Shown: positions 13,475-27,609, counted from the stretch's first letter. The stretch: DNA of 64,000 nucleotides from Nemertoderma westbladi (GCA_032718475.1 JAUCBJ010005043.1:62001-126000), one strand, 5' to 3'. Numbers and translations are program-made. Notes: generated by a model not told the origin, from the sequence alone.

Positions 13475-16311
13475 CTGTATGCTCCATATGTAACTGTATG
13501 CTCCATATGTAACTGTATGCTCCGTATGTACCCGTATGCTCCATATGTAACTGTATGCTCCGTATCTAGCTGTATGCTCTGTATGTACCTGTATGCTCCG
13601 TATGTACCTGTATGCTCCGAATGCTCCTTATGTACCTGTATGCTCCGTATGTACCTGTATGCTCCGTATGTACCTGTATGCTCCGAATGCTCCTTATGTA
13701 CCTGTATGCTCCGTATGTACCTGTATGCTCCATATGTAACTGTATGCTCCGTATGTACCTGAATGCTCCGTATGTACATGTATGCTCCTTATGTACCTGT
13801 ATGCTCCGTATGTAACTGTATACTCTTATGTACCTGTATGCTCCATATGTAACTGTATGCTCCGTATGTACCCGTATTCTCCGTATGTACCTGTATGCTC
13901 CTTATGTACCTGTATGCTCCGTATGTAGCTGTATGCTCCATATGTAACTGTATGCTCCGTATGTACCTGTATGCTGCGTATGTACCTGTATGCTCCGAAT
14001 GCTCCTTATGTACCTGTATGCTCCGTATGTACCTGTATGCTCCGTATGTACCTGTATGCTCCGAATGCTCCTTATGTACCTGTATGCTCCGTATGTACCT
14101 GAATGCTCCGTATGTACATGTATGCTCCTTATGTACCTGTATGCTCCGTATGTAACTGTATACTCTTATGTACCTGTATGCTCCATATGTAACTGTATGC
14201 TCCGTATGTACCCGTATTCTCCGTATGTACCTGTATGCTCCTTATGTACCTGTATGCTCCGTATGTAGCTGTATGCTCCATATGTAACTGTATGCTCCGT
14301 ATGTACCTGTATGCTCCGTATGTACCTGTATGCTCCGAATGCTCCTTATGTACCTGTATGCTCCGTATGTACCTGTATGCTCCGTATGTACCTGTATGCT
14401 CCGAATGCTCCTTATGTACCTGTATGCTCCGTATGTACCTGTATGCTCCATATGTAACTGTATGCTCCGTATGTACCTGAATGCTCCGTATGTACATGTA
14501 TGCTCCTTATGTACCTGTATGCTCCGTATGTAACTGTATACTCTTATGTACCTGTATGCTCCATATGTAACTGTATGCTCCGTATGTAATGGTATTCTCC
14601 GTATGTACCTGTATGCTCCTTATGTACCTGTATGCTCCATATGTAACTGTATGCTCCTTATGTACCTGTATGCTCCGTATGTACCTATATGCTCCGTATG
14701 TACCTGTATGCTCGGTATGTACCTGTATGCTCCTTATGTACCTGTATGCTCCTTATGTACCTGTATGCTCCATATATGTAACTGTATGCTCCGTATGTAC
14801 CTGTATGCTCCGTATGTACCCGAATTCTCCGTATGTATGTATGCTCCTTATGTACCTGTATGCTCCGTATGTACCTGTATGCTCCATATGTAACTGTATG
14901 CTCCGTATGTACCCGAATTCTCCGTATGTATGTATGCTCCTTATGTACCTGTATGCTCCGTATGTACCTGTATGCTCCATATGTAACTGTATGCTCCGTA
15001 TGTACCCGAATTCTCCGTATGTATGTATGCTCCTTATGTAACTGTATGCTCCTTGTACCTGTATATGCTCCGTATGTACCTGTATGCTCCGTATGTACCT
15101 GTATGCTCCGAATGCTCCTTATGTACCTGTATGCTCCGTATGTACCTGTATGCTCCGTATGTACCTGTATGCTCCGAATGCTCCTTATGTACCTGTATGC
15201 TCCGTATGTACCTGTATGCTCCGTATGTACCTGTATGCTCCGTATGTACCTGTATGCTCCGTATGTACCTGTATGCTCCGTATGTACCTATATGCTCCGT
15301 ATGTACCTGTATGCTCCGTATGTACCTGTACGCTCCGTTTGCACCTGTATGCTCCTTATGTACCTGTATGCTCCGTATGTAACTGTATGCTCCGTATGTA
15401 CCTGTATGCTGCGTATGTACCTGTATGCTCCGTATGTACCTGTACGCTCCGTTTGTACCTGTATGCTCCATATGTAACTGTATGCTCCGTATGTACCTGT
15501 ATGCTCCATATGTAACTGTATGCTCCGTATGTACCTGTATGCTCCATATGTAACTGTATGCTCCTTGTACCTGTATATGCTCCGTATGTACCTGTATGCT
15601 CCGTATGTACCTGTATGCTCCGAATGCTCCTTATGTACCTGTATGCTCCGTATGTACCTGTATGCTCCGTATGTACCTGTATGCTCCGTATGTACCTGTA
15701 TGCTCCGTATGTACCTGTATGCTCCGTATGTACCTGTACGCTCCGTTTGTACCTGTATGCTCCTTATGTACCTGTATATGCTCCGTATGTACCTGTATGC
15801 TCCGTATGTACCTGTATGCTCCGAATGCTCCTTATGTACCTGTACGCTCCGTTTGTACCTGTATGCTCCTTATGTACCTGTATATGCTCCGTATGTACCT
15901 GTATGCTCCGTATGTACCTGTATGCTCCGAATGCTCCTTATGTACCTGTACGCTCCGTTTGTACCTGTATGCTCCTTATGTACCTGTATATGCTCCGTAT
16001 GTACCTGTATGCTCCGTATGTACCTGTATGCTCCGAATGCTCCTTATGTACCTGTACGCTCCGTTTGTACCTGTATGCTCCGTATGTACCTGTACGCTCC
16101 GTTTGTACCTGTATGCTCCTTATGTACCTGTATATGCTCCGTATGTACCTGTATGCTCCGTATGTACCTGTATGCTCCGAATGCTCCTTATGTACCTGTA
16201 CGCTCCGTTTGTACCTGTATGCTCCTTATGTACCTGTATGCTCCTTATGTACCTGTATGCTCCGTTTGTACCTGTATGCTCCTTATGTACCTGTATGCTC
16301 CGTATGCTCCT
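13475..16311. repeat. 19-bp satellite (TATGTACCTGTATGCTCCG) with higher-order duplications, in intron 2 of the EGF-ligand gene
   Basis: About 2.8 kb of tandem units; explains all MLRMYLYAPYVPVCSVC ORFs. Confidence 0.97.
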
Positions 16312-16960
16312 GTCCCTCGAAAGACAGTTCAGTTCCAAAGTGTGCTCTGGTCAGGTGTTGTGTTGGAGTTCTGCATCAACAAAACTAATGTTGATAATTA
16401 TTATTTTAACTGCACGAAATGACTCATTATAAATGACAAAAAATGCGCCCTCCATACCATTACTTCTAAGTTTTCACTATTTCGAAGTGTTTACCATTAA
16501 CACCTGAAAGAAACCACTTAATTATCTTATAATTATCGCATTAATCATGTACTGATGTAATTTGGATTAGGCCCTACCTAAACACTCAAACACATGGATG
16601 ACCAATAATATCATACCCAATTATCCGCATACCGATGCGTTGTACTGTAGGCCTAATACTGTATTAGTTACCCATCCCCAACGGGTAACGTATACTACAT
16701 AAAAGCGAATAAGAAGAAATAAAGTCTAAGATACATATGATATGATGATCGTCATAAACTCGTCCAGACAAGTTTGTTATAGTTGCGGGAAAACAACAAA
16801 TAGTTTTACGCAACTGTCCCTTTCAAGACTACTACCACCCCACCCAGAGTTAAATAAATATAAAACTACCGGTATATATATAAATTGTAATTTTAATAGA
16901 ACTTACCCTATTTTTTAGGCACCCCTTATATAATAAGTTCTACATTGTATATTTTTTCAG

Positions 16961-17128
16961 GTGTCCACCTAATTACATTGGACAATACTGCGAGTTTCTC
17001 GATTTCGGGTCATTCAGCCAGAAAGAGGCTGGAGCCACTAATATGGCCTCCTACATCATACCAGTAGTAGTTGGTGCTATTATTATTATCGTTCTAATTG
17101 CAGCCATTATTTATATGAGACATATGAA
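16961..17128 (+). CDS. EGF-family ligand precursor, exon 3 (EGF Cys5-Cys6 + transmembrane helix)
   Basis: TTTTTTCAG acceptor, then CPPNYIGQYCEFLDFGSFSQKEAGATNMASYIIPVVVGAIIIIVLIAAIIYMRHM, then GTAAGT donor. This completes the C-x-C-x3-Y-x-G-x2-C EGF motif and adds a TM segment; phase 2 to phase 2. Confidence 0.88.
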
Positions 17129-17298
17129 GTAAGTAATATTTTATATAAGTAATTATTTACATAACTAATTATTATTAAATAATAAACATTAATATAATAA
17201 TATAATAATATGTAATGCGTTTGACACAGAAAACCAAACTTTTGTTTGTATTATTATTTACAAACAAAAGTGCAGTATCACTGAAATTTATGACATTA

Positions 17299-18064
17299 CT
17301 TAAAAGGTCACGTATTTGTCAAAACATTGGACTATTTAGCCTATGTATCTCTTCTAAGGAATTGGTTCAACTGAATGGCTTGAAATTTGGAGGGGAATTA
17401 ATTTTGAATGTGTCTCAGACGTGGTAGCAGAATAAATAAAAAAAATTATTGTGATCACCAGAAATTTTCAAATTGAAAAATTTTTTTTTTTAAGTTAAAA
17501 ATTCGCTAAACGAAAAAAAAGTATTTTTGTCGTTTTTTGTGATGTAACTTTTGAAATTTCTAACCTACATCTATAAATGGTGGTTCCACCTATAAAGGGT
17601 AAGTAGAAAAACATATACTTAAAATTTCATGCAATTAGGTCCTGTGGTTCCAGAGAAACAGGTACATTAGTTAAAAATAAATAATGAAATTCTGAGATAC
17701 TGTAATGGCAATTAAAGTTTTCAATCTTTTCCGCCATTTTTTGTTAAAGGAGGGATAATTCAAATTATATTTAAAAAAAGGAAGACATTCAGGCAGGCAG
17801 GCAGATAGACAGACAATCTAGAATACATGAAACATTTAAACTGACGTGATCAGTAAACATGAAAAATCCTATAGCGAAAGTTGTACAATGCATGTGTTTC
17901 TTTAATTTTGTCAGACTGACCGACTACTGACAGGCAGACAGACAGCTATAACTCGAGCACTAAAAGAGATCTCGCTATGTCGTTTTTAGTTTTGAAATCG
18001 CCATTAAATTTTAATCCGGAATCCGTAAAAATTTTAATTTTTATCACAAACACGTGCCCTTAAA
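17299..18064. mobile_element. Possible TTAA-flanked MITE (Kolobok/piggyBac-like)
   Basis: TTAAAAGGTCACGTATTTGTCAAAA at the left is an imperfect inverse of TTTTATCACAAACACGTGCCCTTTAA at the right. Confidence 0.35.
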
Positions 18065-18269
18065 GACAAAAAGTACGCCTATGGACTGTGGCGGAATAAA
18101 GGCAACATAACATACTTTATGCAAATAGTCTGTAGCCACCAGAGAGCCAGACATGGAGTTGCAGTGTATTTTATGGGTCGATCTTAGGGACCACCATCTT
18201 TATGCGCTGTAAAACACATACCGGTAGTTCAAAATTCTAATATATATATATATTTCTACCCCAAGGGCC

Positions 18270-18900
18270 TCCCTCATCAGAACACCAAATTACAAAATTC
18301 TAAAACTATAATCGGTCTGAAACATTTCAGCTGCACATTGACGATATATGTATGCTATGCTCTGCCACCATGCAATCAGTCACAATTGCATTAAGAATGC
18401 TTTGCCGGTTTATCGACAAAATTGCACCGCCACAACTCCCTATCCCCCATGTCTTTCGCGAGATTATCCGCATCTTCAAGACCAGTGTCCATTAGGAGGC
18501 GTCTCAAGAAAGGCATGGGCTGTCCACCATGCTTATTTTCTCCATGGGGCTGCCTAAGCACAAGATTGTACACAGGCTGGTCCTCACGGCGAAAGCAATG
18601 TCCTGCAAAGCGGAAGCGGCTTTGTTCACTTGAACTTGGGGAACCAATGAGACATCTCCAATATTATATAGTGTCTGATTGGAGATGTGTTGTACAGTAC
18701 TTGGCGCAGCATTCTTGTGAAAGTGTCAGCCAGGGATTTGGTGTTCTCTGCAGTTAGAGCCCAGCATGGACACCCATAAGAGTACTGGTACTACTGTACT
18801 GCTGCTCTAAATAATCAAATTGCCTGTGTTTCTTGGTGACCTTCAAATCCTGGACAGCCCATATAAAGCTCATAGGTGCGCCTCATAGGATCGCCTACCC
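18270..18900 (-). mobile_element. 3' fragment of an RTE-clade-like LINE (C-terminus of the RT ORF)
   Basis: Minus-strand translation SYGCPCWALT..TFTRMLRQVL...RFRFAGHCFRREDQPVYNLVLRQPHG..GGQP...DTGL...GDRELWR matches the typical RTE C-terminal pattern. Confidence 0.75.
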
Positions 18901-20939
18901 AGGCGAGTGTAGACTACATAAACTGTACAAAATACAAATAATTATATTGCGCTAGAGGCCGTATTGGGAAAAAACTAAATCTGTCTAAAAACACTGGCTG
19001 CGTACAAAAACTACCTCCAGGGTCAGTATAATACCTGGTTACGATACGTATACAGTAATATAGAAAATATATCTATCAGAAATATATTAGAATTTTAAAC
19101 TAGATGTTTAATGCAAAATTAATTATGTCTACTTTCCTCTAGGTTACTGTACTACTAAAAATATTTCTTAGACTACTCCATAGCGAATAAATTCTTCAAC
19201 CGACCTGGTGGATCTAAAATCTGTAACTTAAGGCAAAATGAAAACGAAAAACAGCAAAGGCCAAACGATGCCGAGAATGAAAAGTATTCTAATAAAATCA
19301 GTTATGTAAGTTTTTAATATTTCTTTATAATTTAGAAGTAAATACCGGCTGCACACGTCTGACAAAGATACTATATTGGAGTCTGGAACTCTGTCGACCA
19401 TTAATAGTAAGAACAATGGAGATGGTAAATGGAACGGAAGAACAAATAATTCGTTACAACCTGACTCCACTAGCGGGGAACCGTCGAACTCTCAGGTTGG
19501 CCGCTAAGTGTCCTATCTCAATGTTGCATGCGGTGATCTGCATGTTGATGTTTTCATTGACAATCCTTCTCTGACATACGAGACTTTACGTTACCGGTAC
19601 CCATGCGTGCAACCGTGTACTGCATCATACTGCGGTATATTACGTGACTAAATGTTGTTTCACTTTCAGTTTATGTTGATTGACATACTTAAATGGCCTT
19701 TATCACATTTTCACCGATTGAATATCGTTTTTAGAGTACTTGAATGTATTTGTTATAGTTTTAAATCTTAGGATTTTTTATTGATATGATTTTTGCAGTA
19801 AATTAATATTATTTTCTCTTATTTTTGCTGATTTTGTAACTTTTTGACATTACCGTAAGGTGCAGCTCATCGTAAGTTATTCCATTGAAATAATTATTGT
19901 AACTTCAGGAACGAAATATTAGGCCTTACAAATTTCGTAATAATTTTATAATCCGTAGCCTATTAAATTGGTGTAATAATAATAAGAGTTACAATAAATA
20001 GTGACTTTGCCGCTTCACCGAGCTGATCTTTGTTCGTTTTGACTCACGTCAGTCTTTTTAATTACGAGATATTTCATTAAGAAAAGTAAACATCTCGTTT
20101 ATTCGACCCCGTTTGAACATATTTAGTGATATTTCTCTACAAGAATCTGGCCGAATCTGACAGAACTTAATCGAACTGGGCCGCCAAATGAAAGATCATT
20201 TAGAAACAACAATAAATTATTTATGCACGCTACTGTAGGTGAAATAAATATTTAATTTAATTCTAGTTTTATTACATTTAAAAAGTTGTTACTTCGCTAA
20301 GCTAATTTTTTTCTTCCCATAATACAACAACACTGCAGCACTAGTGATTTTACCTGAAACGATAGCAGGTGTATAGATTGTATGTATAAATGAATAAATA
20401 CAGAGCAAATTCGTAAAAAATACTGGGCAAAAACTAATAAATACAGGGCATTTAGGAATTATACATGGCATAATAAGTAGAAAATATAAGGCATGAAAAA
20501 TATGTTTCATGTTATGTTAAATATTATCTTATGGTGAATTAAATTTAATTTAACGATATATTAATGCTAATATGTATTTATATAAAACATAATTAATTAT
20601 AATATTATTTTCGCCTGGGTGCTTTTAAATTATCTTTCATTTAACGGTCAATGTCACCTCGTTTTCAATCTATTTCGATCCAGGTTCGTGTAAAGAGAGT
20701 TCTATTCCGCATATTTGGCACAAATAATGATGAGTTCATTTAGTAAACTTTGAGGCAATTAATGAAAACGATTAAATCGATTATTTGTAATTCGATAAAT
20801 TTGGATTTTCGGAAGTAAAATAATTATGACATTCATAACGTAAAGAAAGTTTAATTAACGTATTTTTACATTAAAAGATGCCACTTATCTGTTTTCCGTA
20901 CCGGTTTTTAAACTCAAAAACTGTACTGTATACGTTGAA

Positions 20940-21356
20940 CAGGGCCGGATTAAGGTTATATGGCTAATGTCCAATGAGTCCCTCGAATGCTAGTGCCATA
21001 CCAGCGAAATTTTTTGAATTTGAAAATTGTTAAAAGCATTTATTTCTACAATTAATGGCAACAGCCCCTATAGTAATTAACTGCTCTACTGCTCAGAGTT
21101 TAAAAACCCATAACTGCAAGTTCAATGGCAGTGAATTAGTAATATTAATGACTCCCTCTGTAAGATTACATGTAAACCGCTAAAATTCATGGTTTTTAAG
21201 TCAAAGAATGGTTTCCATAGTTTCAATTTTACATTATTTATTGATTTCTAATTTTTAATTTGCACCTCCTTTACATGTTATTGGAATTGGGGGGCCCCAA
21301 AAAGTCGGGGGCCCCTTGGCTATAGCCTAGCTAGCCTAGTCCATATTCCAGCCCTG
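20940..21356. mobile_element. hAT-like MITE
   Basis: Ends CAGGGCCGGA and TCCAGCCCTG; 8-bp flanks ACGTTGAA and ACTTTGAA match at 7 of 8. Confidence 0.65.
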
Positions 21357-22571
21357 ACTTTGAATGATAATGAAATATTTTATATCATTATATTATTTGT
21401 TTACCAAGCATTTCGATACAATATATAGCCTACAATATAATATAGCCAGCGGCGTCGAAGTAGCCTACGTCAACGTCAAATATATGCAATTAAAATCGAT
21501 AAGTGGGACACATAATTATTATTTAGCCGCAATTTTTTCGGACTCACTTTTTTTACTTTTTTAATTACTGTGTATTCCCACCTGATTTAATAAATTTCAA
21601 AATAAATATGAAAATGCATTGGATATTATTGTGTATAACAGTAGTTACTTTACAAGATAGTTATTTAACTTTATCTTATTGTGTATTTATTATTTAATAA
21701 TTATAATAAAATAGCTCATTAAATTAATTACTTTATACAACGTATTTTATTTCCGAGATTACTTGTTATTATAGGAGACCAGACCACTATCCCGTGGTGA
21801 ACACAACTGATGCCCTAATTATTTACTAACTTAACAATTAATTACTGTATTGAGTTTTGAATTTTCGTTGTAACAGTAACATTTATCACGGCCATCGAAA
21901 CAAACCGGTCGATGGGAAGCAATTTAAAGCGGAGATTCGATTCCAAATAACTTCAGGCGATAATAAGGGTACAAGGCGATAATGGGTACGCGAATTTGGT
22001 ACCGATGTAACAGCAAAATATGCCTCCCGTGGCATTTTTTCCTAGGAAATAATGCCCCCCCCCCCCTTGGAAATTATGCCCCCCCCCCATGAATTACACT
22101 ATTTTATTGAAGACTGTCTGGCTCTTATGCACAACTGAACCCAGCCTATTAAACAATGAAAGAGACCCCAAACCAACACCAACCATTACTTTGGGGACTG
22201 TTGTTTTGAACGCTTTTATAATATAGGCCCTTCCGCTTATTTTATGAAACGCCTTACAAATTTTTTTTATAAACATTTTTTTTTCATAAATAAGTGAAAC
22301 TCGTCATAAACTCCAAGGGAAAGGAGCAGGCTACAGAGGCAGGCTTTTCTAACCAAAACAATATACAGCCACTTTACCAATTGAGGGAAAGAAGCAGGTT
22401 ACAGATGCGAGCTTTTCGAAGCAAAACAATAAACAATCATCAGTTATAGTCACTCTATAACCAAAAAAATCAGGCAGTCAAGCAAATAGGTACCGGCTGA
22501 CCGGTACGGAGGTGTAGAAAGACAATTAGAAACGGTTGATACAACGGTCCCTAAAGTAACAAGACCCCTGT

Positions 22572-25500
22572 TCTACATTCCGTACCGATACCTCAGTACC
22601 TTCGTATCTACTCTACATTTCGTACCGGTACCTCAGTACCTCCGTATCTACTCTACATTCCGTACCGGTACCTCAGTACCTCCGTATCTACTCTACATTC
22701 CGTACCAGTACCTCAGTACCTCCGTATCTCCTCTACATCCCGTACCGGTACCTCAGTACCTCCGTATCTACTCTACATTCCGTACCGGTACCTCAGTACC
22801 TCCGTATCTACTCTACATTTCGTACCGGTACCTCAGTACCTCCGTATCTACTCTACATTCCGTACCGGTACCTCAGTACCTCCGTATCTACTCTACATTC
22901 CGTACCAGTACCTCAGTACCTCCGTATCTCCTCTACATCCCGTACCGGTACCTCAGTACCTCCGTATCTACTCTACATTCCGTACCGGTACCTCAGTACC
23001 TCCGTATCTACTCTACATTTCGTACCGGTACCTCAGTACCTCCGTATCTACTCTACATTCCGTACCGGTACCTCAGTACCTCCGTATCTACTCTACATTC
23101 CGTACCAGTACCTCAGTACCTCCGTATCTACTCTACATTTCGTACCGGTACCTCAGTACCTCCGTATCTAATCTACATTCCGTACCGGTACCTCAGTACC
23201 TTCGTATCTACTCTACATTCCGTACCGGTACCTCAGTACCTCCGTATCTAATCTACATTCCGTACCGGTACCTCAGTACCTCCGTATCTACTCTACATTC
23301 CGTACCGGTACCTCAGTACCTCCGTATCTACTCTACATTTCGTACCGGTACCTCAGTACCTCCGTATCTCCTCTACATCCCGTACCGGTACCTCAGTACC
23401 TCCGTATCCACTCTACATTCCGTACCGGTACCTCCGTATCTACTCTACATTCCGTACCGGTACCTCAGTACCTCCGTATCCACTCTACATTCCGTACCGG
23501 TACCTCCGTATCTACTCTACATTCCGTACCGGTACCTCAGTACCTCCGTATCTCCTCTACATCCCGTACCGGTACCTCAGTACCTCCGTATCCACTCTAC
23601 ATTCCGTACCGGTACCTCCGTATCTACTCTACATTCCGTACCGGTACCTCAGTACCTCCGTATCTCCTCTACATCCCGTACCGGTACCTCAGTACCTCCG
23701 TATCCACTCTACATTCCGTACCGGTACCTCCGTATCCACTCTACATTCCGTACCGGTACCTCCGTATCTACTCTACATTCCGTACCGGTACCTCAGTACC
23801 TCCGTATCTACTCTACATTCCGTACCAGTACCTCAGTACCTCCGTATCTCCTCTACATCCCGTACCGGTACCTCAGTACCTCCGTATCCACTCTACATTC
23901 CGTACCGGTACCTCCGTATCTACTCTACATTCCGTACCGGTACCTTCGTATCTACTCTACATTCCGTACCGGTACCTTCGTATCTACTCTACATTCCGTA
24001 CCGGTACCTCAGTACCTCCGTATCTACTCTACATTCCGTACCAGTACCTCAGTACCTCCGTATCTCCTCTACATCCCGTACCGGTACCTCAGTACCTCCG
24101 TATCTACTCTACATTCCGTACCGGTACCTCCGTATCTACTCTACATTCCGTACCGGTACCTCCGTATCTACTCTACATTTCGTACCGGTACCTCAGTACC
24201 TCCGTATCTACTCTACATTCCGTACCGGTACCTCAGTACCTCCGTATCTACTCTACATTCCGTACCAGTACCTCAGTACCTCCGTATCTCCTCTACATCC
24301 CGTACCGGTACCTCAGTACCTCCGTATCTACTCTACATTCCGTACCGGTACCTCCGTATCTACTCTACATTCCGTACCGGTACCTTCGTATCTACTCTAC
24401 ATTCCGTACCGGTACCTCAGTACCTCCGTATCTACTCTACATTCCGTACCAGTACCTCAGTACCTCCGTATCTACTCTACATTCCGTACCGGTACCCCAG
24501 TACCTCCGTATCTACTCTACATTCCGTACCGGTACCTCAGTACCTCCGTATCTACTCTACATTTCGTACCGGTACCTTCGTATCTACTCTACATTCCGTA
24601 CCGGTACCTCAGTACCTCCGTATCTACTCTACATTCCGTACCGGTACCTCAGTACCTCCGTATCTACTCTACATTCCGTACCGGTACCTCAGTACCTCAG
24701 TACCTTCGTATCTACTCTACATTCCGTACCATTACCTCAGTACCTCCGTATCTAATCTACATTCCGTACCGGTACCTCAGTACCTTCGTATCTACTCTAC
24801 ATTCCGTACCGGTACCCCAGTACCTCCGTATCTATCTACATTCCGTACCGGTACCTCCGTATCTAATCTACATTCCGTACCGGTACCTCAGTACCTTCGT
24901 ATCTACTCTACATTCCGTACCGGTACCCCAGTACCTCCGTATCTATCTACATTCCGTACCGGTACCTCCGTATCTACTTACATTCCGTACCGGTACCTCA
25001 GTACCTTCGTATCTACTCTACATTCCGTACCGGTACCCCAGTACCTCCGTATCTATCTACATTCCGTACCGGTACCTCAGTACCTCCGTATCTACTCTAC
25101 ATTCCGTGCCGGTACCTCCGTATCTACTCTACATTCCGTACCGGTACCTCAGTACCTTCGTATCTACTCTACATTCCGTACCGGTACCTCAGTACCTTCG
25201 TATCTACTCTACATTCCGTACCGGTACCTCAGTACCTCCGTATCTATCTACATTCCGTACCGGTACCTCAGTACCTCCATATCTACTCTACATTCCATAC
25301 CGGTACCTCAGTATCTACTCTACATTCCGTACCAGTACCTTCGTATCTACTCTACATTCCGTACCAGTACCTCCGTATCTACTCTACATTCCGTACCGGT
25401 ACCTCAGTACCTCCGTATCTACTCTACATTCCGTACCGGTACCTCAGTACCTCCGTATCTACTCTACATTCCGTAGCGGTACCTCAGTACCTCCGTTTAC

Positions 25501-25794
25501 ATTCCGTACCGGTACCTTCGTATCTACTCTACATTCAGTACCGGTACCTCCGTATCTACTCTACATTCCGTACCAGTACCTCCGTACCTTCGTATCTACT
25601 CTACATTCCGTACCGGTACCTCCGTACCTTCTTATCTACTCTACATTCCGTACCGGTACCTCAGTACCTTCGTATCTACTCAACATTCCGTACCGGTACC
25701 TCAGTACCTTTGTATCTACTCTACATTCCGTACCGGTACCTCAGTACCTCCGTATCTACTCTACATTCCGTACCAGTACCTCCGTACCTTCGTA

Positions 25795-25833
<39 letters not shown>

Positions 25834-27000
25834 AAACATGAACTATATTATCAAATGAGCAAAAGGCGGGAAATTTAAACCATACAAGGGAATTAAATAA
25901 TATAAAATAATTAAACTGATTTTGAAATTGTTTATGATACCGGTATGAGTTACTGACTCTACTGTCCCACCCTTGTGTCGGCGTTGGCCAGCAAGATGGA
26001 CGGCGATGCTTCTGCCCCAACAAATACTGGGCGTTTCCGTGCCGATCTCGACCCTCTTATGCACATCAGGGAGGCCCGCAGCAGCGCGAAGCTGAACTGC
26101 CTCCGCACCCAGCTCACGCACTCCGAGTAGCGCAGCTCGCGCCGGTCCGCCAGCTTTGAAGCGAGGTGCTTCACGAACAGCGTCGTGGAGGGAGATATTC
26201 CGCCCAACGCTGAGAATATCAGCGAGGTCTACATTCCGTACCGGTACCTCAGTACCTTCGTATCTACTCTACATTCCGTACCGGTACCTCAGTACCTCCG
26301 TATCTACTCTACATTCCGTACCAGTACCTCCGTACCTTCGTATCTACTCCACATTCCGTACCGGTACCTCCGTACCTTCGTATCTACTCTACATTCCGTA
26401 CCGGTACCTCAGTACATTCGTATCTACTCTACATTCCGTACCGGTACCTCAGTACCTCCGTATCTACTCTACATTCTGTACCTCCGTATCTACTCTACAT
26501 TCCGTACCAGTACCTTCGTATCTACTCTACATTCAGTACCTCCGTACCTTCGTATCTACTCTACATTCTGTACCGGTACCTCAGTACCTTCGTATCTACT
26601 CTACATATTCTGTACATATTCTATATTACTGTGGCCTCTTACCTAGCGGATGCTCTCCTTCGCCCTTATTGGCTAATAACCTACTTCACGCCTTTCCACT
26701 CTCTGGGAGTGTTTCCCCCCTACCGCTGGCCCCTGCTAGCTGTCTCACCTTCCGAGGTGGTTTGACCTCTAACCTTCCTTTGTGTGGCTTTGGGGTTTGT
26801 ATTGTCCCCGGTGTTGGTTGTGATACGAGCGTATCTACTCTACATTCCGTACCAGTACCTCCGTACCTTCGTATCTACTCTACATTCCGTACCGGTACCT
26901 CCGTACCTTTGTATCTACTCTACATTCAGTACCTCCGTACCTTCGTATCTACTCTACATTCCGTACCGGTACCTCAGTACCTTCGTATCTACACTACATA
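22572..27000. repeat. 40-bp satellite (CTCTACATTCCGTACCGGTACCTCAGTACCTCCGTATCTA) with 31-bp variants, interrupted by a CRE fragment and a duplicated ~225-bp segment
   Basis: Direct tandem periodicity; each unit contains the palindrome GTACCGGTAC. 26606-26829 is duplicated at about 26998-27222. Confidence 0.95.
25797..26227 (-). mobile_element. 5'-truncated CRE-clade non-LTR retrotransposon with poly(A) tail
   Basis: A T-run at 25797-25829 is the poly(A). The minus ORF SLIFSALGGISPSTTLFVKHLASKLA...YSECVSWVRRQFSFALLRASLMCIRGSR matches the restriction-like-endonuclease C-terminus of metazoan Cre elements. Satellite resumes on both sides. Confidence 0.75.
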
Positions 27001-27609
27001 TTCTGTACATATTCTATATTACTGTGGCCTCTTACCTAGCGCATGCTCTCCTTCGCCCTTATTGGCTAACTACCTACTTCACGCCTTTCCACTCTCTGGG
27101 AGTGTTTCCCCCCTACCCCTGGCCCCTGCTAGCTGTCTCCCCTTCCGAGGTGGTTTGACCTCTAACCTTCCTTTGTGTGGCTTTGGGGTTTGTATTGTCC
27201 CCGGTGTTGGTTGTGATACGAGATTAGTTATTGCTAATCTCGTATCTCCAACATATTGCTGAAAATGTCACTGTCCCATTTTATGAGGATAATGCGGCGG
27301 AATTGAATCTGTTTACAGTCCCCCCCATGCTATCTTCCCGGTGAGAAGATAGCATCATCTACAAGTGCGCTTCAATTTCGCTGGAACCCGGTCTACTATC
27401 GGGTGTGGGGTGGTGTTCTTTTCTCGGAGTCGGCTTTCCAGGCCGCTCCCTCTGGGTATGATATTACTACCCCTTCTTGGTGCAACCGCAACCTATGTTG
27501 CACCAAGACATCTGACGTCTCTGTTCGAGACAATTGTGGACTCCTCTCACACAATTTTATATCTCCTCACTCTAAACTGACTCTAACTTCACTAGCTCCA
27601 CTCTAACTC

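Noticed and set aside
13305-16432. Many overlapping Cys/Met/Tyr-rich ORFs of up to 300 aa
   Set aside because: They are translations of the 19-bp satellite in all frames and on both strands.
25106-27262. 250-aa and 368-aa ORFs
   Set aside because: Products of the 40-bp satellite and its duplicated segment; no domain is recognisable.
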